This document shows positions 24,286-37,565 of a DNA stretch of 64,000 nt, in pieces. Position numbers and translations under genes: made by a program. The stretch covers positions 3,968,001 through 4,032,000 of the forward strand of contig NC_042999.1 in assembly GCF_006345805.1 (NCBI RefSeq), in the 5' to 3' direction. The stretch is from Octopus sinensis. Taxonomy: Eukaryota. Numbering within the stretch: position 1 is the stretch's first letter; each line of letters starts with the position of its first letter. The notes beneath the pieces are model-generated. The model ran no database searches. It saw only the letters and a list, made by a program, of their open reading frames with translations, and was not told the origin of the DNA.

Positions 24286-26780
24286 CCTTTTTATGGCTCC
24301 AAAAAGATTTTTTGAAGGAATAGAGCCAACCCTAGCAAATTTTCAACTAAAAATCATTATATACAGAGTAAAATAATATTTTTGTGTTTCAAAGGGAGAG
24401 AATAAAATCATTTTGAAGCTCAACCAAATTTATTGTACATCTGACATTTTACATGTGTAAAATGCATGATAGGTTATTTCTTAGTAACTGACCAGCTACA
24501 TATATACCATATTCAACTAGAACTGCCCAATGATATTCAACAGAAACAACAGCAATTGTAATGGATGACTATAAAAGATAACTATATAAGACACTAGAGG
24601 ATGTCATTAAGTGAAAAAAAGTAGACTATGAGATGGAAGGAGGTATGTGAAGATATGATAGATATTTAAGTCCTCTGCTGATGAGTCAACTGTCGAATGA
24701 TTTACTGTAGAATGCAGTGAGGTTATTTTGCCATTTGTTTAGAATAGAAAAATAATGCAACCTTTAGCTAATCAGAAAGCTAGGCAAGAGCGGTTGTATG
24801 AACACCAACTAAATTGAGCACACTGATCTATCTTAAGAACCTCTGGGCACTGATTTCCCTACTTAATATTTTTGTCACCAAAATTCTGTTGAAATACACT
24901 GTTTGTTTCAATTTTAAAAATAATGAAGAATTTAGTAAAATCACTATCACTATTAAGATGATGTTTGGAACATAATTTAACATGAAATTTTGATGAAAGG
25001 TTTTAATTTAGATCACTTAAAACAAGTCGTTTGTATCATAGAGCCAGTAGCAGTCTTGAGTGGGTTGGCATCAATATGGTTTAACTCAACTACTGAACTA
25101 TTTTCTCTTTTCTGTGTATTAAGAAAGCTATTTACAGAATGTAGCTGAATGTAACTGAATACTTTTGCCAACACAAATTTCTTTAACATTGCGAAATCAA
25201 TATTTGTTTATCGCTTATGTAATGAGGTAAATCGAGTAATGTGTCCTGTCCAAAAACATCTTAGAAGTTTATCAGGTCAGAATTGGGTCCATTAAGTATG
25301 GACCAAGAATTCTACTTATCATTTACTTGACTATTATGTCATTTAGACTTAATATATTTTGTCTCTATATGGATTTTCTCAACAACGGTTTTATGGTGTG
25401 ACAGTAACAAGTTCATTAACTCCAATAAAAAGAACTTACGAAGCAAAAAGAAAAAAAGTATTTGTCTGATCATATTTGTTCAGTTTCTTCTATAAAATCC
25501 CAATAATATTTATTTTTGTACACTAAAAGAGAAAATAGGAAGAAATTGAAGTATAAAATTAATCTTTGATTATACAAGCTTCATACTGGTCAGTATTGGT
25601 AGAGAGCCAAGTAACCTACTTGTGATGAGATTGTAATTTTGTTATATATATATTTTCAGCGATTATTCATGGCTGATTACGATTGGGACTTTCACTAAGA
25701 ATAATAATATTATTCTATTCAAAATGCTAATGTTATCTTGGCTTTGATCTATTTTCAACCTGTGATTGCCAAATTTATGAATAGATAATACAATTGAAAT
25801 GATATACTAGCTGTTCTTATAAAGTTAAAAGTCCCTTGTAAAGGAAATGTGTTAGACAAAAATCAAAGCTATGTTTAGCCAATTTGAATCAGTTTAGAAA
25901 ATAATAGAAATTCTAAATTAAAGTGATGTCAGATAACGATAATTTAAATGTAAACCAATTAATGGTAGTGATGCAGAAAATGTCTGTCTAATGAAGTCAG
26001 CTTTTAAGTTTGATGTTTGCCACGGAAAAAAAAAAAAAAAAAAGCTTTGTTTAATTTCAAGAAAAGTTTTGGTAATTAAATACTCAAAACAAAAAGAAAA
26101 TCTTTTAAAGAAGCTCTGGAAAAAGTTGGTGCAGGCAATCAAATTTTAGTTACTTAGAGAAACGGAGAAAATTGTATTGGTATGGCAAAATGGCTCTAAG
26201 GTTAATGTGGTGGAATACTGACCACAAGATCACGAGTTCAAACCTTATGGTGGCAGGCAATGTGTTGCAACCTTAAGTAAGGCACATAATTGTGTTTACC
26301 TCAGTATGTCTCTTGGCCATTACAGTTTCCAGTCTTACTTCATGGTTGAATGCTTAGAGACAGGAGAGTTAACCAACTGTAAAAATAATTGCTCCAAGTA
26401 CTATCATATTCAGGAAAGTATCATAAATTCAATGTAAAACAGAGAAAGAGATAAAAAGAAAGAAGACAAATATATTGACAGAATTTTAGTGAAATATGTT
26501 TAAGACTTAGAGGTGTTTTTGTGAATGCCAAGGAATAGGTGTAAGTTGCTAGCATTTTAATGATGTGTTGAGGCGTTTTATTTCATTTATATCACTAAGG
26601 TAGTTAAGAAAGTTATTGTTACAACATCCCATTCCTCTTACATGTCTAAAGGTCCCTTTATTCATGTAAGAAGTCAATTATAAAAGTGTATGTCTTTCAG
26701 TTATTGTTTAATGTGATGTTAGCTCTGGTTGAGCAGAGCTATAATTAAATCTGTTTGAGTTATGACCATCCTATTTATGA

Positions 26781-26831
<51 letters not shown>

Positions 26832-26886
26832 AGTGAGTGAACAAATGAAAGGAGGGCGTTCAACAAATTTATTTCAAGTTACATGT

Positions 26887-27048
26887 ATGGATCAAAACAG
26901 TTTGATACAAATTCGTTGGTACTCTTGAGTTTCAAGCATGATGCTAGTCATCAGCCATTTTGAATTCAAATTCAAAATGGCTGACGACTAGCATCATGCT
27001 TGAAACTCAAGAGTACCAATAAATTTTAATCAAACTGTTTTGATCCAT
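26887..27048. repeat. 162-bp fold-back carrying hammerhead motifs on both strands (copy 1)
   Basis: Arms atggatcaaaacagtttgat...cattttgaat and attcaaaatg...atcaaactgttttgatccat. Plus strand: CTGACGA 26981-26987, GAAA 27002-27005, GTA 27013-27015. Minus strand: CTGATGA at 26948-26954. Confidence 0.85.
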
Positions 27049-27062
27049 GTTTTATTTTTATA

Positions 27063-27979
27063 TATCTGGGCAAAGTCCAGAAAGCTTCTACCCCTACTGG
27101 TGAAAAAAGGCCTCTCGCACAGAGTGAAAGGTAGATTGTATGATGCATGTGTGGGAACTGCTATGCTTCACAGCAGTGAAACGGGCCATGACAGCTGAAG
27201 ACATGTGTAGGCTTGAAAGAAATGAAGCTAGCATGATCGGCTGGATGTGTAATGCCAGTGTGCACAAATGACAGAGTGTAAGTGCCTTTAGGGAAATGTT
27301 ACACATAAGAAGCATTGGATGTGTAGTGCAAGAGAGATGTTTATGTTGGTATGGTCATATATTGTGGATGGACGAGGAAAGCTGTGTGAAGAAGTGCCAC
27401 TCTTAAACAGTGGAAGGAATTCAAGGTAGAGGGAGACTCAGGAAGGCATGGGATGAGGTGGTGAAGCATGACCTTTGAATGTTGGGCCTCACAGAGGCAT
27501 TGACAAAAGACTGAGACCTCTGGAGGTATGCTGTGACTGAGAAGACCCGGCAAATAAAGTGAGTCCATAGCTGTAACCTACACCAGTGTAGCATAACCAG
27601 CTCACTCAAATGTACCTTGGATCGTGGAGTGACATGCTGTGCTTGCAGAGACCTATTGAGTCAAGTACATCAACATCAACAGCAATATTAAAATCAAATC
27701 AAATGGAAATTGTAGTTGTGAGCCCTGTGCCGGTAGCACGTAAAAAGCACCATCCGATTGTGGTCGATGCCAGCTCCGCTGGCTCCTGTTCCAATGGCAC
27801 GTAAAAACACACACTACACTCTTGGAGTGTTGGTGTTAGGAAGAGCATCCAGCTGTAGAAACACTGCTAGATCAGATTGGAGTCTGATGCAGCCTCCTGG
27901 CTTCCCAGACACCAGTTGAACCGTCCAACCCATATCAGCATGGAAAATGGACGTTAAACGATATGGTGATGATGATGAT
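27063..27979 (+). mobile_element. RTE-clade LINE, 5'-truncated (ORF2 C-terminus plus 3' UTR plus (GAT)n), copy 1
   Basis: WAKSRKLLPLLVKKGLSHRVKGRLYDACVGTAMLHSSET...RLERNEASM...WYGHILWMDE...GRGRLRKAWDEVVKHDL, with stops and frameshifts. Confidence 0.9.
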
Positions 27980-28052
27980 ATATATATATATATATATAAG
28001 TGAGTGAACAAATGAAAGGAGGGCGTTCAACAAATTATTTCAAGTTACATGT

Positions 28053-28214
28053 ATGGATCAAAACAGTTTGATACAAATTCGTTGGTACTCTTGAGTTTCA
28101 AGCATGATGCTAGTCATCAGCCATTTTGAATTCAAATTCAAAATGGCTGACGACTAGCATCATGCTTGAAACTCAAGAGTACCAATAAATTTTAATCAAA
28201 CTGTTTTGATCCAT
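28053..28214. repeat. 162-bp fold-back with hammerhead motifs on both strands (copy 2)
   Basis: Duplicate of 26887-27048; cores at 28114-28120 (minus) and 28147-28153 (plus). Confidence 0.85.
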
Positions 28215-28228
28215 GTTTTATTTTTATA

Positions 28229-29145
28229 TATCTGGGCAAAGTCCAGAAAGCTTCTACCCCTACTGGTGAAAAAAGGCCTCTCGCACAGAGTGAAAGGTAG
28301 ATTGTATGATGCATGTGTGGGAACTGCTATGCTTCACAGCAGTGAAACGGGCCATGACAGCTGAAGACATGTGTAGGCTTGAAAGAAATGAAGCTAGCAT
28401 GATCGGCTGGATGTGTAATGCCAGTGTGCACAAATGACAGAGTGTAAGTGCCTTTAGGGAAATGTTACACATAAGAAGCATTGGATGTGTAGTGCAAGAG
28501 AGATGTTTATGTTGGTATGGTCATATATTGTGGATGGACGAGGAAAGCTGTGTGAAGAAGTGCCACTCTTAAACAGTGGAAGGAATTCAAGGTAGAGGGA
28601 GACTCAGGAAGGCATGGGATGAGGTGGTGAAGCATGACCTTTGAATGTTGGGCCTCACAGAGGCATTGACAAAAGACTGAGACCTCTGGAGGTATGCTGT
28701 GACTGAGAAGACCCGGCAAATAAAGTGAGTCCATAGCTGTAACCTACACCAGTGTAGCATAACCAGCTCACTCAAATGTACCTTGGATCGTGGAGTGACA
28801 TGCTGTGCTTGCAGAGACCTATTGAGTCAAGTACATCAACATCAACAGCAATATTAAAATCAAATCAAATGGAAATTGTAGTTGTGAGCCCTGTGCCGGT
28901 AGCACGTAAAAAGCACCATCCGATTGTGGTCGATGCCAGCTCCGCTGGCTCCTGTTCCAATGGCACGTAAAAACACACACTACACTCTTGGAGTGTTGGT
29001 GTTAGGAAGAGCATCCAGCTGTAGAAACACTGCTAGATCAGATTGGAGTCTGATGCAGCCTCCTGGCTTCCCAGACACCAGTTGAACCGTCCAACCCATA
29101 TCAGCATGGAAAATGGACGTTAAACGATATGGTGATGATGATGAT
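28229..29145 (+). mobile_element. RTE-clade LINE, 5'-truncated, copy 2
   Basis: Duplicate of 27063-27979. Confidence 0.9.
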
Positions 29146-30166
29146 ATATATATATATATATAATACACACACACACAAACATGCACATATGTATGAATGC
29201 ATTGTTTTCTTCATTAATTAGTGACTGAATTATGCAATTAAAAGGAGAATTTGGTTATTATTTCCTTCCAGATAAGCTGTTATTAGTGGTTCCTTTGTAT
29301 ATCTCTCAGGAGTATGATACTCTTGCATAATTAACAAACTGATTAAAACCTTTTATTTTCTTCAGAAAATAACATTGGCTGATGGACGCACACACATGCA
29401 CACACATATAGCATGTTCTGGTGACAATGCCTCCCTGTAGGACATTAGTCATATCATCAACATGAAATACCTGAACTGAAAGTTACTACCAGCTTTACCT
29501 GTATTTAATTGTGTTCACCAAAACACTTCTAAATATTAAACTTCTTTCAGTTGAATTCTACCTAAATCACATGCATACACGCACACACAATATTTATGTA
29601 GATGTGAACAATGATGCATCCTAGATGTCAACCAGCACTATATTATGTGCACTTAGTGTTGTGCTGACATCGATGACTGAATTGGAGTGAGAAGCAAACA
29701 AAGGAGTCGAGTTGTCAGGGTAAATTACTATTCTATTGAAAGAACAGTGATTGTAAACTTTGAATGAACTGAATTGCAAGATTAAGGGTTGTACTTGTAA
29801 AGTTATAAAAGGAGAAACTATTGTAATGCAATTAGAAGGCATTGTAAGTTTTACTTATTGGAAAATACTGTATAAGGTTGTGCCAACTTGCCCAAGAATA
29901 TGATGAAATGCTTTTTATTTACTTATTTATTTATTTTTTCTTTTTATTTATCATATTGTATTTTAGGAAGGAGTTGAATGTATATATTTTTTTATTATTC
30001 AATAGTTGGTTGCTAAAAAACTAGCTGAAGAATTTTTCAAAATCAGACTAGGAAAGTTTGTAACATCGGGTATCTAAGATAATATAGGTAAAACTTCCTA
30101 AAACAAATTAAATTGTATTAAATTAATTAATTGATATCATACTTTAGAAAGGAGATGAATTAGTAT

Positions 30167-30314
30167 GTTGTGTCTGGGGAGAGTCATTCTCTTTTAGTGC
30201 CTTATTATTTAACACACTCACCGGTAAAATTTCCACTTATTTCTTATTTATATTTTCTAAAATCTTCGTTGCGTCTTAAGGCACTAAAAGAGAATGACTC
30301 TCCCCAGGCACAAC
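30167..30314. repeat. 38-bp inverted repeat with 72-bp spacer
   Basis: gttgtgtctggggagagtcattctcttttagtgcctta (30167-30204) and its reverse complement at 30277-30314, one mismatch. Confidence 0.9.
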
Positions 30315-31140
30315 AGACTATGCTTCAACACACAAACTCATATAAAGAATCTTGCAAACCAAATCCAAAAATGAAATTAGTGTGTTGTTTTCAATAATTG
30401 GTTTGTGCAATGCTAGTTTTAAAGTCTGATTACAGGAAGTTTTTAGCAACGGTTTCTAAGATAACATAGGTAAAACTTAAAAACAAACTGATACAGTCGT
30501 ATTAAGTTGGTTCAAAGTGCCTTAACCTGTTTTGAAACTGTAGTTCTAATGGAAAACATAGCCTATGTCACCGCTAAGTTTGAAAATAAGAATTTGGAAG
30601 GATATCCTAAAGTCAGAGGGGATCTTGGGCAGATTAGTATAAAAAGACTTAGCAGCTCTTCTTGGTAGCAGCTTTAAGATATTTAGCTGATCTGGTTGGC
30701 TTAGATAATCTGATACTAACTACTGAAGGATATGTTCTTGTACTTATAGTATATGAAAATGTGCGTAACATTCCAAAAACTAAACTTTTCTTTGAGTACT
30801 ACAGCTCTAAACATATATAATTTTTTTACAAGACATGAGTACTTCCCATATTACAATATGGTTCAGTATGTTTGGAATTATACAGAAATTCTCGAAAAAT
30901 ATTTTATAATGGTCCTTTAAGGAGAAGACAAACTACCATTCATCAATGTTAACTTCTACTATTGCACCAATATGCTGTGTCTTCCCTCTGACTGTTTTGC
31001 CATTACCACAATAGTTTCTGTTCTTCTGAACTAGCAACATGTTAGTTCAATACATTAGTACATCACTATTACCCACTCACAATTTCTACTAAGGTTCATC
31101 TGTCCTTCCCTAGTCCTATATTAACCAGTTTCTTTACTAA

Positions 31141-31360
31141 CCCTTTAGCATTCAAACCGGCCATATCCGGCCAAAATATTTAGCCTGTTTCATATTGAAA
31201 CTGACCAGATCTCACCTCTCACCTCAGCCCTACCATGTCATTCTAAAACTAAAAAATCTCATCACTGAAATCTCTAAATTACAAGATAATGCATGATTAA
31301 TTCAAAACAATATAAATAAACAAACATCACATTTGATAGAATAATCTGAACACTAAAGGG
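31141..31360. mobile_element. MITE with ccctttag...ctaaaggg termini (piggyBac-like, degenerate TTAA flanks)
   Basis: A related copy at about 57925-58131 ends 'atgctaaaggg|ttaa'. Confidence 0.7.
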
Positions 31361-31699
31361 CTAATCATTCCTTCCATGACCTTCAGCCTTATAAATAACT
31401 TCTGCACATTTTCATTGCAAGCTTCTTAAAATGATAAAATGAATAACAATCTACTAAGCAGTCCCCCTCCCTTTATAATTATATACATAAACATCAATTC
31501 ATGTTTAAACCTACCACATCAGACTGGCACTCTTTTCTCTTGTCTCTAACGTATACACCATATTCTTCATTCTAACTTATTTATGAAAGTTGGCATTTTT
31601 GCCATCCTGAAATTCAGTAATAATGAGACACTGGAGTAAAATGTGATCCTCTTCCCCATTAAGTCCTGTTGAGCAGTCCTACTCATGACAGCATGGAAA

Positions 31700-31920
31700 A
31701 CAGGCATAAGATGATGATGATGATGATGATGATAACAAAGATGGCAATGATGGTAATGATGACAACAACAATGATAGTAGTGGTTGTGGTGATGATGATG
31801 GTGGTGGCAATGGGGGTGATGATGACTATGATGATGATGATGACGATGACTGAGAGATGGATGCATAGATGTATGACAATGGTGAGGTTGAGGATGATAA
31901 TGAATGGATGAACAAATAGA
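31700..31920. repeat. Degenerate (ATG)n/(GTG)n trinucleotide tract
   Basis: Direct reading; source of the poly-His and poly-Met ORFs. Confidence 0.9.
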
Positions 31921-32220
31921 ATTCCTGTTATCTCAGTGCAAAATATCTCTTGCAAATTTCTCCAAGTCTCTCTGAACTACTCTAACTAGCATATAAACTC
32001 AAGAACTCATGATGGATGCTAACCCACCTTCTCTCACTTAATGTCAGCTGCATTTCTTCTTGCCTTATGTTCTGAGTTCAAATTCCACCAAGTTGACTTT
32101 GCTTTTCATATACTCTTGGGGTCTATAAAATAAGCACCAATTGAGCACTTGGGTCAATGTAATCAATTAGCACCCCCACCCAAAACTGCAGGCCTTGTAC
32201 CTATAGTAGAAGGGCTTATC

Positions 32221-32296
32221 ATTCTTCTTCTTCTTCTTCTTCTTCTCTTCTTCTTCTTCTTCTTCTTCTTCTTCTTCTTCTTCTTCTCTTCTTCTT

Positions 32297-32364
<68 letters not shown>

Positions 32365-32366
32365 CA

Positions 32367-32421
<55 letters not shown>

Positions 32422-32444
32422 CATTATTATTATTATTATTATTA
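32221..32444. repeat. Compound (TTC)n-(TTA)n microsatellite
   Basis: Direct reading. Confidence 0.95.
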
Positions 32445-32660
32445 AGGTGGTGAGCTGGCAGAATCATTAGCATGCCAGGCAAAATACTCAGCGGCATTTC
32501 ATGTTTATATGTTTCGAGTTCAAATTCTACAGAGGTTGACTTTGCCTTTCATCTTTTCAGGGTTGATAAAATAAGTGCTAGTTGAATACTGGTGTCGATG
32601 TAATCGATTTACCCCCCCCCCCACACACAAAACATCGGCCTTGTGTCAAAATTTGAAATC
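32445..32660 (+). mobile_element. SINE family B (Meta-like)
   Basis: 'ggtggtgagctggcagaatcattagc...gagttcaaattc...gcctttcatcttttcagggttgataaaataagt'. An older copy lies at about 32060-32215. Confidence 0.8.
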
Positions 32661-32767
32661 TATATCTAAAGGTATGAATATGTAAAAGTTTGAGTTGAAT
32701 GTAACTGAATTGAGCACACTAGCCAGGAAAGGCTATGGTACTGTCTTCTCTTCCTCATACTAAGTAA

Positions 32768-33280
32768 TCTATATATATAAAACTGTAGTTGTGTGAGTGT
32801 CTGTCCCCTTCGATTTAGATTCCTAACTACTCCCACATTTTGCGGTGCAGTTTAACCAAATTCGGGTATCTTATAGTCGTGATTAATATCGAGCCCATCT
32901 GAGTATTAGCGCACGTCTACAATGAGTCTACGATTTTAAAAATAATTTAACATCATTTTTTATTCTATTTTAATGCATAATTTTTCGTGTGTCGATGGCG
33001 GCGGAGTTGGCATCCATGGTCACACCTGCACCTGTTTGCTTCTCCCCCTTCTTCCCTCCCTCGTGAAGCTGTGGGGAAGGAAGTGTAAGGAAATCAACGT
33101 CGTAAAGCATTGTCAAGGAGACCAGCGTTCTTTTAGAACAACGACTTCATGGCTTGAAGACACCAAAACAGAAATGGCTAAGAAAGCCCGAATTGGCATC
33201 TATAAGGGAAGTAACTCTCTAAAAATGCTTATATAGTTATTTCCCTTACAAACCCGAGCAACGCCGGGTGATACTGCTAG
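32768..33280 (+). mobile_element. Non-autonomous Helitron (513 bp)
   Basis: 5' TC(TATATATATAAAA), subterminal hairpin cccgagcaacgccggg, 3' CTAG, inserted between A and T with no TSD. Confidence 0.9.
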
Positions 33281-34159
33281 TAAATGTATATATAGAATTT
33301 GTATGCGTATTTATGAATGTGTTTAAGAGATTGATTTATATTTCTTAGAATTTGAAATCCAAATAATGTTTATTGTAATATAAAGTTAATTACTTTAATT
33401 ACTTTATCAAATCAGAAAAGTATATATATATATATATATATGACTATAAAACACCTGCCTCAAGGTATTTTAAGTCTATTTGAAGTTCTACACCCAGCCA
33501 TACCAGAGTGTATGAGAAAAGAACCAGATGTAAAATAGGAAAATTCAATTTATATTTCATGAATCAAAAATTAATCAATAAAGTTATACTTTTAAAAGGA
33601 TTGTCACAATTTGCAAATACCAAAAATAATTAAAAATAATTTTGGTAATTTATATTCCAGAGAGTAGGTGTCCAAGGAGTGTTAGACATACATAATTAAC
33701 TGTTAACCTCTCAGTGACTGACCTTAGCAACTCACATTGTACCATAGAACATAATGATATTTTAATTTTGGTTTATGTTTTATTAGTGTAGAATATATAA
33801 AAGTTCCAAGTGTAAACTAATACAAACTCTATTTTAAACCAGCTAGTATGTAAGGATATTTCATTCATGAAAACCCTCATTAGTTGCCCTATCCACATTT
33901 TCACATCCATTTTCTTAGGTGAGTTCATCATCATGCATGCATGCAGGCATGCATTTGATGGGATTTGTTAATGTAGATTTTCTATGGCCACATGCCATTC
34001 CTGTTATCAACTTTCATCACATCTGTTTCCAAATAAGGTAATATTTTCCTCTTAGCCACATATGGTTTCACAGAAAACTGGAAACAAATAACACTTCTCA
34101 TGTGACGCTCATGCTGTGAAGACAAGGTGAAACAAGCTTACTCACATGCACACACAAAC

Positions 34160-34545
34160 ATATATAATAGGCTTCTTATAGTTTCTGTCTACCAAATCCA
34201 CCCACAAGATTTCGGTTGGCTCAAGGCTACAGTATATGACAGCTGGCAGATACGTTAGTGCGCCGGGTGAAATGCTTAGCGGTATTTCGTCTGTTGTTAC
34301 GTTCTGAGTTCAAATTCCGCCGAGGTTGACTTTGCCTTTCGTCCTTTCGGGGTCGATAAATAAAGTACCAGTTTCGCACTGGGGTCGATGTAATCGACTT
34401 AATCCCTTTGTCTGTCCTTGTTTGTCCCCTCTATGTTTAGCCCCTTGTGGGCAGTAAAGAAATATATATGACACCTACCCAAATTGCTATGCAGTGGGAC
34501 TGAACTCAAAACCATATGGTTGACAAGCAAACTTCCCAATCATGG
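34160..34545 (-). mobile_element. SINE family A 5' half, interrupted by a family B SINE
   Basis: Family A sequence resumes on both sides of 34242-34464. Confidence 0.7.
34242..34464 (+). mobile_element. SINE family B (tRNA head plus Meta-like domain), young copy with TSD
   Basis: A/B boxes; 'gcctttcgtcctttcggggtcgataaataaagtaccag' resembles the MetaSINE domain as I recall it; TSD TATATGACA at 34233-34241 and 34465-34473. Confidence 0.85.
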
Positions 34546-35506
34546 AGCCTTTTCTTTATTTCTTAGATAGTATTATAGAATTCCTTCTGCCTCTCCTCAA
34601 ATATTCCTTTTCTTAATACATAACCTTACTTGCTCTCATCTTAATGCTTTCTAACCAAGCATCTTTTTCTGCCTTCTTCTCCTCTCCTTCTATCATTATC
34701 ATTATTCCTTCTATGTCCCTTCTACACAATAAATCTTTGTAACACCTTTCTGATACCTGTAATTTCATCCGTCATCTCTAGTTTACTCGCAGTTGCCACT
34801 GAAGTGACATTTCTACCTATTCAACATTGATTTCTTATCTGTTTTCTGTTTTACGATTATAAATATACAGTCTCACATACATGACTTATGCCATAATACA
34901 ATCATCCTATTATAAGGAGAAAGAAATCTTTAACCTCAGCTGTCCATCCATATATTTTCTTGCACTCTTCTTTTTTACTTTTTCTTTCCCTTTTTCCTAT
35001 AGTCATTTTATTTGTTCTTGTGAACAGCATTTATTGACTTCATGAACATTTCACAAGTCTTTCACACTTCTTATCACTTTTAAAAACCTTCTGCATGATA
35101 GTTTCCTGTTCACTAAATGGTATGTATTGTCTCTTCTCTTTAAGTCAATTGTTGTACTTCTTTTTCTGCTACTTGTCCATTCTTTCTGTCTTTTCCTGTG
35201 TGTGTATTCCATCACTGTTTTTTTTTTTAATGTATTTTAGGAGACACAGTGAGAAAGAGATAAAGAGAGTGAGAGAGAGCAAGAGTTGGTCATCAGTCTT
35301 AAGAAAACAAGATGCTAAACTATATCTGTTATCCCTCAGCTGAACATTCTTATTTTCCTTTCTTGAGATTTTTATCATAATTCAACACATTTTGATGTTG
35401 TTTAGACATCAACTAATTACTCATTCATTATTACCTATAGAATTGAATTATTTCATCATTCTTTTTCTTTCTTAGTCTGGTTACAAGTTACAAATACTTT
35501 GATTTC

Positions 35507-35550
<44 letters not shown>

Positions 35551-35914
35551 TACATAAATACATACATACATACATATATACATACATATATATTCATATA
35601 TTTATATTGCTATCTTTTCCACATTATTCTTCATTGTAAAGGGTATGTTTATCATTATATTTTGTTATTTTGTTGTATGACAGTATTGGATTAATTAGAA
35701 CTTAATAGTATTAACTAATCTTTCTACTTTAAACAAATTGACAGTACATACTGGAAATATATTAGAAGAAATACATTTAGTATATATCATAATAATGATA
35801 AAATATATTTATCATTATATATATATATACATACAGTAGTACTTTGGTTTTTGAACAACTCTGATCTCGAATAAATCATGCTTTATATATATATATATAT
35901 ATATACAAATATAT

Positions 35915-35929
35915 TTGTATATATATACA

Positions 35930-35986
<57 letters not shown>

Positions 35987-36011
35987 TATAGATAGATAGA
36001 TAGATAGATAG
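35915..36011. repeat. (TA)n-(GATA)n microsatellite
   Basis: Direct reading. Confidence 0.95.
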
Positions 36012-36875
36012 GTAATACTGTATTAAATGAATATGAGAAAGACAGGAGATAAAGTACAATTTATTCGTGATCAGAGTTGTTTGAAAACCGAGGTTCTACT
36101 CTGTGTGTGCGTGTGTGTGTATATATATATATACATGTGTGATGTGTGTGATATGTGTGTGTGCTTGTGTATGTGTGTGCATGTGTGTGTGTGAGAGCCA
36201 ATCTGTGTTACAGTTTTGAAGAGGCCAAATCATACACTGCAAATATGGTTTGCAATATATTCATTACAATCACAAGATGTGAAGTGAAGAGCTGTTATAT
36301 ACATTGGCTGAGATTAACAATCCTGCTGAAAATTTCTTTTCTTTTCTTTCTTTTGTCTGTTTCTTATTATCGGTAGTTTTTAATTAGTCCTATGGGAAAT
36401 AAGAATTCCTAGACACTTCAATTATTCTGATCGAATATGATATTCTAATGAGATACTTGAATTTGATTTTGTCTTCTATTCACAAAAGTCTGTTGCTCAC
36501 TTCTTTTAGAAATTGATTTTATTTAATACAGTTTTTAATGTTTTTTTTCTGTTTATTCAAATAAGAGGGAAGTGATTATAAAACTAGCATATCTATAAAG
36601 TTATTTACAAAGGAAAATGATTCGGAAGTCAGACATACAAAGAAGCTAATTTAGTTTGAATATATTTTACAAACATAAATTATACTTATATAATTTATAT
36701 GTGTAAAGTATATAATGATTGATACACTTTCATTGGGTACATTAAAACGCGGGAAATTTCTATTGCAAAAGTGTTTCAGAATCTTCAGAATTAATCTGAG
36801 TCCTGAAGGATTAGGGAAGAGCTGTGGTATAAGGCATATGTTTTTTGTTTTGGTTTTATTTTTTTTTTATGTATA

Positions 36876-37265
36876 GCGCAGGAGTGGCTGTGTGGTAAGT
36901 AGCTTGCTTATGAACCACACGGTTCCGGGTTCAGTCCCACTGCGTGGCACCTTGGGCAAGTGTCTTCTACTATAGCCTCAGGCCGACCAAAGTCTTGTGA
37001 GTGGATTTGGTAGACGGAAACTGAAAGAAGCCCGTCGTATATATGTATATATATATGTGTGTGTGCGTGTGTCTGTGTTTGTCCCCCTAGCATTGCTTGA
37101 CAACCGATGCTGGTGTGTTTATGTCCCCGTCACTTAGCAGTTCGGCAAAAGAGACTGATAGAATAAGTATTGGGCTTACAAAGAAAAAGTCCTGGGGTCG
37201 ATTTGCTCGACTAAAGGCGGTGCTCCAGCATGGCCGCAGTCAAATGACTGAAACAAGTAAAAGAG
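36876..37265 (+). mobile_element. SINE family A, full length (tRNA-derived head, CORE-like segment, internal microsatellite)
   Basis: A box 'tggctgtgtggtaag', B box 'ggttcagtccc', CORE-like 'caccttgggcaagtgtctt', central (AT)/(GT), 3' end 'gactgaaacaagtaaaagag'. Probably one of the published octopus OR-type SINEs; not verified. Confidence 0.9.
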
Positions 37266-37565
37266 TATATATATATATATATATGTCTCTATATATAGAG
37301 GAGTGCAAAAGTAGGTATACAGTAAGCATCACATCAATGTTATAATACTTAATTCGTTAAAATTATTTGCATACTAAATTAGCCTCATTTTAGAAATATT
37401 TCCAGTGTCATTAATCATAATAATACATTTATCATAACTATAATAATACTTTTATCGTAACTTTTAATCATTTTGATAAAAATAAATGAGTATTGTAGTT
37501 TTCTTTTCTCATAACTGTATAACTACTTTTGTACCACCCTGTTTATAAACTATATAGTAAACTGT

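Larger units (their letters stand above)
26813..29162. repeat. Near-identical tandem duplication, unit about 1167 bp, bounded by (TA)n
   Basis: 26831-27997 is repeated at 27998-29162. The track ORFs repeat at a 1166 offset. The only non-microsatellite difference I noticed is a 1-bp T indel (caaatttatttc vs caaattatttc). Confidence 0.95.

Noticed and set aside
24672-24715. CTGATGAG-N8-CGAA hammerhead-like string
   Set aside because: A15.1 is replaced by U, stem II is mismatched, and there is no credible stem III or stem I.
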